Of a stretch of DNA of 35,586 nt, positions 10,850-22,000 are shown piece after piece. Every line of letters starts with the position of its first letter. The first letter of the stretch is position 1. Source of the stretch: Octopus bimaculoides (lineage: Eukaryota); contig NC_068987.1 in NCBI RefSeq assembly GCF_001194135.2, forward strand, positions 3,148,531 through 3,184,116. Direction: 5' to 3'. Position numbers and translations under genes: made by a program. The notes below the pieces were generated by a model, which saw only the letters and a program-made list of their open reading frames with translations, was not told the origin of the DNA and did not search any database.

Positions 10850-11130
10850 GGAGTATCATGAAGGTAAAGTCCTTGAGCACCTCATTTATAGGGTCCTATT
10901 TGAAGCAGCTGTCATTACATTTTCTGGTTGGATTCCCAACCTTGACCAACTGAGGCCATGGTTATTGTCCGACCATCTCGTTCTTGGTCTGCCCCTTGGT
11001 CTTCTGCTGGTTGGCTTGGCTTGGAGAATCCGTCTTGTGATTCTTTCCTGTGACATTCTAAACACTTGTCTGTAGTACAAGATCTGTGCCTGCCAATGCA
11101 GTGTCATGGCTTGACCTAGAGGGTCTCCTT
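10850..11130 (-). mobile_element. RTE-clade LINE 3' fragment
   Basis: RMSQERITRRILQAKPTSRRPRGRPRTRWSD..GLSWSRLGI matches the RTE C-terminal RPRGRPRxRW motif. Confidence 0.75.
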
Positions 11131-11236
11131 CATCTCTGAGCTACACATCCTATCAAATATTCTCAGAATCTTTGTGTTTAACTTTTATCTTATTATAAAT
11201 TTTATTATAATTCCTACTTTCTCCATATCTTCACAG

Positions 11237-11327
11237 ATAACAAGCTCACCTTGTATTTATCGCCCTTGTGCTGCAGACGAAATGTGTGTAAACGCAAACA
11301 GGTCCGGTCATTTTTGTTTCCCATTGG
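11237..11327 (+). CDS. Gene 1 exon 2: 4-Cys EGF-like linker
   Basis: The acceptor is ctactttctccatatcttcacag and the donor is G|gtaagt. The 91-nt exon goes from phase 0 to phase 1 and encodes ITSSPCIYRPCAADEMCVNANRSGHFCFPL. It bridges the phase-0 PAN donor to the phase-1 CCP acceptor. It is not in the ORF track. Confidence 0.85.
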
Positions 11328-11534
11328 GTAAGTAATGGTAAAGCTTAGTTTCCAACTCCTTCTCAAGAAATGGCTTGTTGAGCAATTAGAGCAGAGATAG
11401 TTCTGAAAGAAGCATGAAATGGTGTGAAGGAATTAATGTTTACCTTTCTCTTTGTATAAGTTGCTCTGTCGAAGATTTGGTATTTTGACTTACTTGTGAC
11501 ACATGTCTGAAGAAAGTTTACAGACTCAGACATG

Positions 11535-11700
11535 GCTGTGAGATTTAAAAGCTGACTTCCCAACCATAGTGTTTCAGATTCACTCCCAATGTGTAGGACA
11601 TTGGGCAAAGGACTTCTATAACACTGAGCTGACCAATGTGTTATGTATGAATTTTGTTGACAGAAATTGTGAGGAAGCCTATGTACATATATATATGTAT

Positions 11701-11750
<50 letters not shown>

Positions 11751-11775
11751 NNNNNNNNNNTATATATATATATAT

Positions 11776-11822
<47 letters not shown>

Positions 11823-12045
11823 TGTGTGTATTTGTCATACAGACATACACTATGACAGCCATCACTGCTTGACAACTGGTGTTTGTTGGTTTATATATCT
11901 TAGCAACTTGGCAAGAGAGCTTCGGTAAATACCAGACATACATAAAAAAGAAAAACATAAGTCCTGGTATCGATTTCTTTTCCTAAAACCCATCAATGTG
12001 GTGCCCCAGCATGGCCACAGTCCAATAACTGAAACAGTAAAAAAT
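11535..12045 (+). mobile_element. SINE family C copy containing (TA)n(CA)n microsatellite and a 10-N assembly gap (11751-11760)
   Basis: Homologous to 8875-9260 in the opposite orientation. Confidence 0.7.
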
Positions 12046-12497
12046 AAAAGGTAGCATTTTTATCCATGATCCTTTCTGTTGGCTCTAATCAGATCTTATC
12101 ATGTAAAGCAGTTGTGTTCTTTTGTTTTTTAATACATGTTAATTCATTCATCACTGATCCAGTATAACACAGTACATGCAATTGTGAACCATGTCAGGTT
12201 TATAGTAAAGGTTGTTTGCCAACATAACATCGCAGTCCTGGTTTAGGACTAATGTTGCTGTAATTTAGCCCCAGGAGACATCGTCTCCAGCTGGCTATAC
12301 AACACAATTTGTGTCTTTATATTTTCGAACAAAGGAAGATGTTGTTTTGAGCTGAGTGGGGGTGCCAGATTCCCTTGTTTGAAAATATAACTTAAAGTAA
12401 AAATTGTTTCAATGGGAATCAATCGAACTTGTATCACGATCTCAGTTAGCTTGAAAACTGCAACTAATCTTCCATATTTCATTTTGTTTTTTTTTAG

Positions 12498-12674
12498 ATA
12501 TTGACTGTGGATACCCTTTGCAATATAGAAATATGCTCCATGATGTTCCTAGCACAAAATACTCGAATGAAGTTCAGTATTTCTGCAAAGTAGGCTATAG
12601 ATTTACAGAGGGAGAAAATACTTCAACATGTCTTTTAAGTGGAAAATGGTCTGCTGTGCCTGCAGAATGCCAAC
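12498..12674 (+). CDS. Gene 1 exon 3: Sushi/CCP domain 1
   Basis: tttttag|AT...C|gtaagt, 177 nt, phase 1-1. It encodes IDCGYP...VQYFCKVGYRF.G..TSTCLLSGKWSAVPAEC, the C-x-C-GY-C-W-C Sushi consensus. Confidence 0.9.
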
Positions 12675-13061
12675 GTAAGTCATGTGTTTTATGTATTTAC
12701 ATGTGTATGCGGGTGTATAAAGCACAGTCTCTAATGGGTGACTCTGGTTGCATAACAAAGCTAGTTTTTTTAGGCATCTCTATCAGGGGTTCTCAACCCT
12801 TTTACATATGAGCTAGATCCAAAATCTGGATTTTTTTAGTGGTGGTGGTGGTGGGGGAGAGTAAAACGTAGACCAATTAAAGAAACATTTATTATATTTA
12901 TAGAGAGAAGATTGTTGGGAGCCACTGGAAGGACCCTTGAGGGCCGCGTGCTCTCTTGGGGCTGTGGTTGAGAACCGTTTGTCTATGTAGTCACCAGTAG
13001 ATATAGACACTTTCTCAGCTCCTTCATCCTTGATCCAGTAACATATCCATCATATGATAAC

Positions 13062-13106
<45 letters not shown>

Positions 13107-13499
13107 AGAGGCAAGGAGAAAGAGAAACAGAGAGAGAACGACAGACAGACAGATTATATCAACATCCAGTTGGCACTCATTTATGTCTCAGTAGGGCTGG
13201 AACAACAACAAATGAAGGGCCTTGCTCAAGAACATGATGCATCGCCTAATCCTGGAACTGAACAACCATATCTCAGCAGTTATTCACTGTGTGCCCTAAG
13301 TACACATATTCATTTACCCCCTCAGTTTCATTGCTTCCCACCTCTATTTCACCTTGTGTTGTGTTTTTGGACTGTGTGTATTTTGCTTTTAAGGTTGATT
13401 TATGGATGTTCAACACTATCAGCATTGTATGTAGCTGATCTGTTGTTTCAGCGATGAGTACAATGCCATCAGTGAATTGGACATGTCTTAGTAGTTCAC

Positions 13500-13860
13500 T
13501 GTTGATGTTGACATCAACATTTGGGCAGGATGGAAGTGTTTAGCTCAGTAATGGATGTGCTCAAAGGAAAACTGGACAAGCCCTTTCGTGCCAGTCTCTT
13601 TATTTGCACTGTTCTACCAGCGCACGTTTACACACGTGAGTTGTGGGATACTACGAAATAGGAAAGACCATGGAAAGAACCATGCTTGGAGTATTGTTTT
13701 GAGAGCAAATCTACAATGAGGTAAATCCGAGGAAGCAACGGAGTGAGGAACATAATCTCAGAATACAGAAAGCGCAAGTTCCACTGGGTCGGACATGCTG
13801 CAAGGTTTACAAACAACAAGTGGGTCTGTGCAATTTTTGATTCAAGAGATCGAAAAGGTC
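13500..13860 (+). mobile_element. RTE-clade LINE relic (RT C-terminal region)
   Basis: A frameshifted TVLPA...MERTMLG...NE region is followed by GVRNIISEYRKRKFHWVGHAARF.NNKW, the RTE W.GHxxR motif. Confidence 0.7.
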
Positions 13861-14011
13861 ATTTAGAAGGCCTCCACAACAACAACAAGAAGATTTTATT
13901 TAACAATTTGGGACAAAATGATAAAGAATGATGCAATAAAAAAACAACTGAAAGCACATTGTGATCACTGGTGTATGACAACGTCTTTTAGTTCTGTTGA
14001 GACACTGATAA

Positions 14012-14012
<1 letters not shown>

Positions 14013-14042
<30 letters not shown>

Positions 14043-14200
14043 TGTATGTATGTATGTATGCATGCATGCATGTATGTATGTATGTATGTATGTATGTATG
14101 TATGTATGTATGTATGAATGTATGTATGTATGTATGTATGCATGCATGCATGCATGTATGTATGTATGTATGTATGTATGTATGCATGTATGTATGTATT
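14013..14200. repeat. (TATG)n microsatellite with interspersed CATG units
   Basis: Read directly. It is the source of the MYVC and HTYI ORFs. Confidence 0.95.
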
Positions 14201-14801
14201 CAGCTATACTAATGCTCCATTAACAATACCCACCTTTTTCGTATTGTGTATTTACCCAAATGAAACTGAAAACGTTTATATCCTGTGTTTTTCGTGTGAT
14301 TACATGAGTGTGTCACGTATTCTGCTCATGACAATCAAACAGATCAATGTTGACACATTTCTAATGATTTTGCATCAAGTCTGTTCTGTTTCAACGTGTT
14401 TAAAATATTTTTGCTTATATAGTGGTTATGCTACTTCTATCTACTAAATTCCACTCATAAAATGTTGGTCAACCAACTGAACTGCTTCTACCAGCTGATA
14501 CTGTCTTCCATTTACTGCAATGTATTTAACTGAATATATCTTTGCAAAAATGTTCATCTTTCTCTAATCCTGGTAAGCTGCATGATCTGTTGATTACCTT
14601 TGGATTCCATAGTAATAATCTCATAAAAAAAAAGTTAATTTTTCCTTAAATATGGTGCAACTCATTTCTAGATAAATGTTTCATCCAGGGACATCTTATT
14701 TCATATTTTGTATTCTTTTTTACTCTTTTACTGGTTCCCAATAATGAAATGAAGTCCTGATTGATTTTATACCTGAAATTGTCATTGTCTTCTTAAATTA
14801 G

Positions 14802-15005
14802 AAATCGAATGTGGAACTCCTGCTGTTATACCAAATACTACTATGGTTGTTGATGGAGCGGCCATCGATCCAAGTGATGTACCTCACACTTACCTAAGTC
14901 AGGTGACATATCGCTGTCTTGAAGATTATGTCAAAATAAATGGATCTGTAACATCCACATGTCAGCTAGATTCTCATTGGGCAGCTGCCACTATCCAGTG
15001 TCTTT
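14802..15005 (+). CDS. Gene 1 exon 4: Sushi/CCP domain 2
   Basis: cttaaattag|AA...T|gtaagt, 204 nt, phase 1-1. It encodes IECGTP...VTYRCLEDY..NG..TSTCQLDSHW....QC. Confidence 0.9.
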
Positions 15006-15695
15006 GTAAGTACAACTATATTCTTTTTTTCACAGGTTTCGATCATTGAAGTTCGGCCATGCTGGGGCATGACCTGCAATAGTTACTTTCATGTAACTCC
15101 AGGGATTCCTTTATTGACCAGTTCATACTTGGAGCAAAAAGAAGCAATTGGCAAAGTTTATTTTTTTTGTAATTCAAAAAGTAAAGTTTTCATCCATGTT
15201 AATGCTTTAAAATTTAATTTTACATATTCAAAATTACTTAAAAGAAAGTTTACATTAAAGGAGTAATCAAGCATGGTTGTGTGGTAAGAAGCTTGCTTCC
15301 CAAGTATTTGGTCATGGGTTCAGTCTCACTGTGTGACACCTTGGGCAAATATCTTCTACTATAGCTTCAAGCTGACCAAAGCCTTGTCAGTGGATTTGGG
15401 AGATGGAAACTGAAAGAAGCCCATTTTAGATATATGTCTGTGTGTGTGCTAGTGTTTGTCCCTCACCATCACTCAACAAACAATGGTAGTGTATTTTCAT
15501 GCCCGTAACTTAGCAGTTGAATAAGGACCAATACTTGGAAAAAAGGTTCATCATCATCATCATCGTTTAACGTCCGCTTTCCATGCTAGTATGGGTTGGA
15601 CGATTTGACTGAGGACTGGTGAAACCGTTCATTCGACTGGAATTCTTCAAGGCTGTGCCCCAGCTTAGCTGCAGTCTAATGACTGACACAATTAA

Positions 15696-15746
15696 AAGAG
15701 AGCACCTAATTAAAAGAGAGCACCTAATTAAAAGAGAGCACCTAAA
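15696..15746. repeat. 18-bp tandem repeat (aattaaaagagagcacct, 3 copies)
   Basis: Read directly. Confidence 0.85.
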
Positions 15747-15939
15747 TTTTTTGTTAGAATAAAACATTGATTCATTTAAAAAATTAAAAGCCAGTAACAT
15801 TTTTCCTGCTTTCATTCACCTCCAGGATGGCAAAAGTGTCCATTAGCTCAGTTTTCTCTCTACTTTCTCAAACTTTGCAACAAGAAGCTTTTGTAGATAA
15901 GAAGAAAAGAGAAACCAAAGATTGAAATGCAAATCAAAA

Positions 15940-16800
15940 CAAAAATGGGCAACGAGGAATGTCATCATTATTTTGACTCCACGTCTTATGAACTGTAGGG
16001 GTGAATGACTGGATGTACCATTCTGAAGAAATTTTTCTGTTTCCCATGTCTGTTATTTTGTCAGCATAAGAATACGTGGTCAACTCCTGGCTACTGGGAT
16101 TTGCATAATTTGATTTTAGTTTTGACAAAGCAATAAAATCTTAGAACCATCTAAATTCTGTAATTGCTCTGAAAACCTGTAGGTGACAACAAATTGATAC
16201 AGCGATTGATCACTGGAAAGTAGCTTCAATTCAGTTCCATTTGAGATCAGTTGAGAAAAATCTTGATATATTGAAGAGGTTAATTCACTGTATTGAAATT
16301 TTGTGCTGTGAAGAATTATAATTTGGAGGACATGATGAAACTGAAGAATCAAACAATAAAAGTTATTTTCTGTTTATATGTGAAGTTGTAGTGGAAGATT
16401 ACTTTTAGATTTTGTGAAGAAAAATGCCAACAGACCATTTTCTGAACTTTCAAGTGATATTCAAAAAAACAGCATTTGTTGCTGTTATTTTTGATAAGAC
16501 TATGGCCCTTCTGAAGAAATCTCCATTGTCACATGTTTTGAAATTTGTTGATGAGAAAAAAATGGCCTCAAGAAAGGTTTTCGGATACGTCAATGTCAGT
16601 AAAGACAGAAAAACTGCATCACTAACAGAAGTTTGAAAATCTATTAATGAATTCAGTTATGGCCAAAAGTTCATCACACAAACTTATGATGAAACGAGCA
16701 TGATGGCTAGGTATTTGAAGAGAGCACAAGCAAAAATAAAGGAGATTTTTCATGTGAATACCATATTCGTACATTGCTAAGCACATTCACTTAATTTGGT
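15940..16800 (+). mobile_element. hAT transposase relic (ZMYM1-like, with TTF-type zinc finger)
   Basis: Disrupted + strand frames give DWM...FCFPCLLF...WSTPGYWDLHN, then AFVAVIFD.T...LSHVLKFV, then QTYDETSMMA...IFVHC*AHSLNLV, matching the hAT CxxHxLNL motif. Confidence 0.75.
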
Positions 16801-16852
16801 ACAAAGAGAAGAGAGATTAATTTGATCTTCATTTCCATCAATAAAGACCTTA

Positions 16853-17092
16853 TTAACTGTTTCGTTACTGTATTTATTTTGAGATGCTCTGGGTTTCTTT
16901 CAATTAATTATAAATATAACAAAGAATTTAGTAAAATAACTTAGTTATCATTCAGCTAGTGTTAGGAACATAAATTGTGACGAAGGTTTGGAGGAAGATT
17001 TTAATTCAGAACTTATGAAAACAAGACATTTGTACTACAGAGCCAGAGCCGGTTTCAGCCGGTTTCAGCCGGGTTGGTAACGAAAGGGTTAA
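16853..17092 (+). mobile_element. piggyBac-like MITE, uninterrupted copy with TTAA at both ends
   Basis: ttaa-ctgtttcgttac ... gtaacgaaaggg-ttaa, homologous to 6692-7176. Confidence 0.8.
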
Positions 17093-17743
17093 GAAGATGA
17101 AAGTAGAGCATGGTGCAGATATATTTTATAACAAAGTGTTTGATGGATTTGCCAAAAAGAAACAAAGAATTGAACTGATTCATAAATAAATTTTAAACAG
17201 CTCATTATTTGTAGGTTCTATTATTTTCTCAGATTTCTCTTGTAACCAATAATGGTCATCATGGCAGGCCAGTCACCAGGGTATTGTTAATGAAGGAACA
17301 TCAGATCCAGTGGAAAGGGGTATCAAGCCTGCCGCGTGGCCTCTTTGTAGAAGAGCACATTAAAATTAGTTCATATCACATTCACAGATAGAGGGGCAAC
17401 AAATAATTTTTGGTGAGTAGGAGAGTAAAGCTCTATTGGCCTGCATTATGGACCCTTTACCACTGATGTGTGCATGTGTGTTTCTGTCTATGTTCCCCAC
17501 CACTGCTTGACAACCAGTCTTGATGAATTTATGCCACCATAATTTAGCCTTTTGCCCAAAGAGACAAATAAAATAAATACCAGGTTTAAAAAAAAAAGAG
17601 GAAATAAGACCTGAGGTCAATTTGATTGATTAAAAGTTCTTCAAGATGATGCCCCAGCATGGCCACAGTCTAATGACTAAAGCAAGCAAACAATGAAAGA
17701 TAAATGGTAAAATTAATAGAGACATTTTTTCCCTTAAAATTAG

Positions 17744-17947
17744 ATGTCAAATGTGCCGATCCTCCCAGATTACCGGACACTACATTGTCCTTGAATGGAG
17801 AAAGCGTGGCACCATCAGAGGTACCTGGCAAGTTTAACACTAGGGTGACATACAACTGTAGTGAATATAATGTTTATAGAAGTGGATCTACTAGTTCTGT
17901 GTGTCAGTTAAATTCAACATGGTCAAATGTCTCCATACAGTGTCTCT
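17744..17947 (+). CDS. Gene 1 exon 5: Sushi/CCP domain 3
   Basis: aaaattag|AT...T|gtaagt, 204 nt, phase 1-1. It encodes VKCADPP...VTYNCSEY..Y.SG..SVCQLNSTWS....QC. Confidence 0.9.
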
Positions 17948-18150
17948 GTAAGTACAACATCATTTCTTTCTCATTTTGATCACTGAACTGTGACAATGAT
18001 GCTGCATCAAGTTCAGGTGTTATTCCATTCGCTTATAACAGTTCCAATACATACATCAGTCATTCTCGTTTGGACGATGCCTAATTCTCAAAGACATAAA
18101 CACAACTGAGACATAGATACACAAACGCACAAGCACCATACATTCATACG

Positions 18151-18510
18151 TCAGGTTTGTACCTGTAATTATTGGGGTCCTGGGATATGTAACACACTGC
18201 CTAAAACCAATCTGGAGAAATTAGTCTTCTCAAAACCAGAAAGGAGAAAGCTAATTCAAAGACTAAAGATCTAAAGCCATCACTGGAACTGTAAAAATAT
18301 GTAAAACTTTCCAGAAGTTTAACATTTAAATATATATGAGTATGTCTAGATATGTGACTATATGCATGAGAATACATACTTACAAAAATACCCAGTTGTT
18401 GGTGTTGAATTTCCAATGAAGGAGCCTTGGATCCAGGTTAGAAACCAGCTCTTTCACTATTGGCAAGAAATCTCGAAATGGAACTGAAGAATGACTACAC
18501 ATATATGAGA
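18151..18510 (+). mobile_element. R4/Dong-like RLE 3' fragment (subfamily A)
   Basis: Homologous to the reverse complement of 7940-8190 (RFVPVIIG.LGYVTHCL...), followed by 3' UTR. Confidence 0.8.
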
Positions 18511-18738
18511 ATGTACATACAAACAAATATGCACATATATTTTATATATGTGTATAGATGTGTGGTGAAGAAGTTCTCTTAGCATCCACTTGGTTTCATG
18601 TTCAGTTATTTTGCATGATACTTTGGGGAAGTATCTTCTGTTATCATTTTCGGCCAACCAATGCCTTGTAAGTGAATTTGAAAGACAGAAACTGCCTGGA
18701 ATTCCCTCATATATATACATACATACATATATATATAT

Positions 18739-18979
18739 AAAAATTTAAGGAATGGAGAAAACGCATACTTTATTCCTACATATGTTTCAAAGGATTACAA
18801 CCTGTGTGATCCATAGGGATCTGTGATATTAAAATTGTAACCTTCTCATCAGGGAAAGCATGGGAATCATCTCAAACGTAAGACATTATGACCAAGTATA
18901 CATAGGTTGTAATCCTTTGAAACATGTAGGAATAAAGTATGCAATTATAACATACGTTTTCTCCATTCCTTAAATTTTT
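18739..18979. mobile_element. Foldback-type MITE with ~65-bp terminal inverted repeats in a TA-rich site
   Basis: aaaaatttaaggaatggagaaaacg-catactttattcctacat-atgtttcaaaggattacaacct is mirrored on the right, with one short insertion. Confidence 0.8.
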
Positions 18980-19137
18980 AAATATACTCAAATACCCAAA
19001 ATTTCAAGGAGTTCCTGCCTTAAAAACAGGAACAACACCAAAGTTATTTTGTGTTCTTTGCTACATTGGTTTCTATTAACCCATTTATTCTATCCGAAGA
19101 ATTATTATTCATTAAGATAGAAGAAATACATATAATT

Positions 19138-19182
<45 letters not shown>

Positions 19183-19184
<2 letters not shown>

Positions 19185-19480
19185 CATGAGATGGTATCAA
19201 AGAGTTCTTTGACTAGTTATGCTTGACAAAATATAACTTATTTAACATCAACCCCTTCAAAATAGTCACTTTGTGCAGCAATACATTGGTCCCAGCATTC
19301 CTGTTGCTTTTTGAATCCAGCCTGGAAGTCATTTTCCATGAGTCAAGGATCTTCTGTGATTCGCTCTGGATCTCAACAACGGTGTTAAAACGGCAAGCTT
19401 TGAGCTGCATTTTCATGTTGGGGAGTGCTCCCCCACTGTGCCATATCCTTGCCAACCAGCAAACACACAAGGCCACATGC
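19183..19480 (-). mobile_element. Mariner transposase C-terminal relic with terminal repeat abutting (TA)n
   Basis: The minus strand gives LPNMKMQLKACRFNTVVEIQSESQKIL and, after a frameshift, DFQAGF..QECWDQCIAAQSDYFEG, the mariner WxxCIxxxGDYFEG motif. Confidence 0.8.
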
Positions 19481-19836
19481 ATTAAGTGTATCTAATCGAT
19501 GAAGAGGGTCATCTATATTGGAGAAGAAGGGAATTTAAAGGCAGGTGAGAATATTGTGACCTCCATTAGCTAGTCACATCATTCATGTAGACATGCTTCA
19601 TGTGACAGAGCATGCGGTCTGCTGGCGTTAGATAGTTGACTTTATAATCCAGCAATGACAGGAGCCTACATCAGTATGGTTAAGTGGATAAAATATCGAC
19701 CATTCCTTGAACATATCATGGGTCTTTTACTATAGAAATTAGCTTCCATATTTTTTATTGATATTTGCTTTTACTCATCCTGTTGGTATATTGAATTGTT
19801 ATGTGAAATTAATTGTTACTTTCTTCCTAAAATTAG

Positions 19837-20040
19837 ATGTCAAGTGTGGTCGTCCTCCCAAGATAACTGATGCTGAATTTCAAGTTAATGGAAAAAGCAC
19901 AAGTAGGACAGATGTACCTGACAAATATAACAGTAGAGTGACTTACAAGTGTAAAGATGGTTTTAACTATGCTGATGGACCTCAGACTTCTGAGTGTCGG
20001 TTAGATTCAAAATGGTCTAAAGTCATCATGGTGTGTTCCA
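19837..20040 (+). CDS. Gene 1 exon 6: Sushi/CCP domain 4
   Basis: aaaattag|AT...A|gtaagt, 204 nt, phase 1-1. It encodes VKCGRPP...VTYKCKDGFNY.DG..TSECRLDSKWS....VC. Confidence 0.9.
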
Positions 20041-20241
20041 GTAAGTACAACATCATTTCTTTCTCATTTTGATCACTGAACTGTGACAATGATGCTGCAT
20101 AAAGTTCAGGTGTTATTTCATTCGCTTATAACAGTTCCATTACATACATCAGTCATTCTCGTTTGGACGACACTTAATTATCAAAGATATAAACACAACA
20201 GATACATACATACATACACACACATACATACATACATAAAA

Positions 20242-20278
<37 letters not shown>

Positions 20279-20291
20279 TGCATACATACAT

Positions 20292-20760
20292 ACAGTTGTG
20301 GAAATTAGCGACCCAGCAGATGTTAACATAAAGCTGAAAAAGTAAAAAAGAGAACAGCTACACTGAACTATTGAGAAATCTGCAGTTATTCTATCCAGAT
20401 TATAAGCTCAGGTTTGTACCTGTAACTATTGGGACACTGGGATATGTAACACACTGCCTAAATACCAAGCTTGAGAAATTAGGCTTCTCAAAACCAGAAA
20501 AGAGAAAGCTGATTCGAAGACTACAGATTCAATCCATCACTGGAACTGTAAAAATCTGAGCATGTCTAGATATGTGACTATATGCATGAGGATACATACA
20601 TAAAACATACAAATCTGCACATACATACATACATACATACTTACAAAAATGCCCTGTTGTTGCTGTTAAAACTCCAATAAAGGAACCTTGAATCAAGGTT
20701 AGAAACCAGTTCTTTCTCTATTGGCAAAAAATCTTGAAATAAACATGAACAATGACATAA
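20292..20760 (+). mobile_element. R4/Dong-like RLE 3' fragment (subfamily A)
   Basis: VVEIS.P.DVN...LRNLQLFYPDYKLRFVPVTIGTLGYVTHCLNTKLEKLGFSKPE, followed by a 3' UTR containing (CATA)n. Confidence 0.8.
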
Positions 20761-20829
20761 ATACACACACACACAAACACAAACACACACACACACATGC
20801 CTGCATGTATGCATAGTGGAAATAAAACC

Positions 20830-22000
20830 ATTTAATTCTAAGCAACATCTCACGTTTGGCCTCCCCCATCACTGATGATGTCTCTTATGGCATCTAAGGC
20901 TTGCAAGGGACTTACAAATCATTCCACACTGACCACATGTCAGCCGTCCAGCAGCATCTGGATAGTGGGATCTACAATGCCAACTGAGTCAACTGACCAA
21001 CTCATACACTCTGCTATAGAAGTTGCATCACAGGTCATGCTGGACATCACATGGGTAGACAGGGGTACCTCTTTGACTTCTCTTGTGGCTGGGTTGGTCT
21101 GCCTTCGAGAAGCAGACACCACCACACGTGTCATACAAAAGAAACTTGTTCATGCCCTTCACAAGAAGAGGGTGCACACCCTCCATATATTTACCCGCAC
21201 ATTTCCACTCAGTGTATGCAACCCTGTTGTTTTGAGACTCTTTCACAACAGTATCAACCAGATTTCTCCACAGCTCCTTGTCCTATGCAAGATCTTCCCA
21301 GGTGTCTTGACAGTTTTAAATGTGTCTAAGACTGTCTTCAAAAAACTTGCATGGCTTGCACTAAGGACAATTTCCTTACTCCAGCCTGCCATAAGGTATC
21401 TGTTGTGACATGCAGGTATCCTCTAAACAAACAAGATGACCGAATTGTCTAAATTAATGCTTCATTATAAAGAACTCGTTACTCATCATCTCCACTGACA
21501 GCAGTACTCTCGTATCTGGTACATGCGGTCAGCATGAGATCTTCAGGACATTACACAGGTATCGCTGATGAAATTTCTCAACTCATTCAAAATGCCCTCA
21601 AGAGGTTTACAAGGTCTTGCATCCAAACAAAAGCACTGTTAAGACACATACTTCATAGACCACAAATTTCATTGTTACTTTCATGTCTAACTGCAACCAA
21701 AGCCTCGATTCAAGCTGTCCAAACACACCATAGACCTTAGAAATTCTATAACCAACCTCTTCGTCAGGTGTATTAAATATAGATAGTGTACAACCAAGGC
21801 AGACTAACATATCCATGACTTTTAGCTTTTCACCCTTGACGTATATCAATGGTTGGATAAATGGTTTCCTCTGGTATTGGTTGCAGCATAATTGCAATCT
21901 TCTCTAAAGTCCCAACTCATCACATGATGACTGACAAGCAGTCACAGGTTTTCTTCAGTGTGAGTTACGAGATCACAGTCATCAACATTCAGATCACAAA
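20830..22000 (-). mobile_element. RTE (BovB-like) LINE relic
   Basis: The minus strand gives VKGEKLKVMDMLVCLGCTLS...DEEVGYRISK...FGQLESRLW...VYEVCVLTVLLFGCKT, plus C-terminal CxxC/H remnants (CGGVCFSK..SHKR and CGMICKSLASL.CHKRH). Confidence 0.75.

Noticed and set aside
13900-14447. ORFs of MYVC, HTYI, VCVC and IYIY repeats here and at 3334-3624, 7416-7722, 11363-11958 and 28314-28585
   Set aside because: These are translations of microsatellites.
5225-15746. Short direct-repeat arrays (18-bp and 27-bp units) as CRISPR-like
   Set aside because: The units are contiguous with no unique spacers, in a eukaryotic intron context.
20875-21408. 177-aa + strand ORF, one of the longest in the track
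   Set aside because: It is antisense to the RTE relic on the minus strand and has no splice or domain support.
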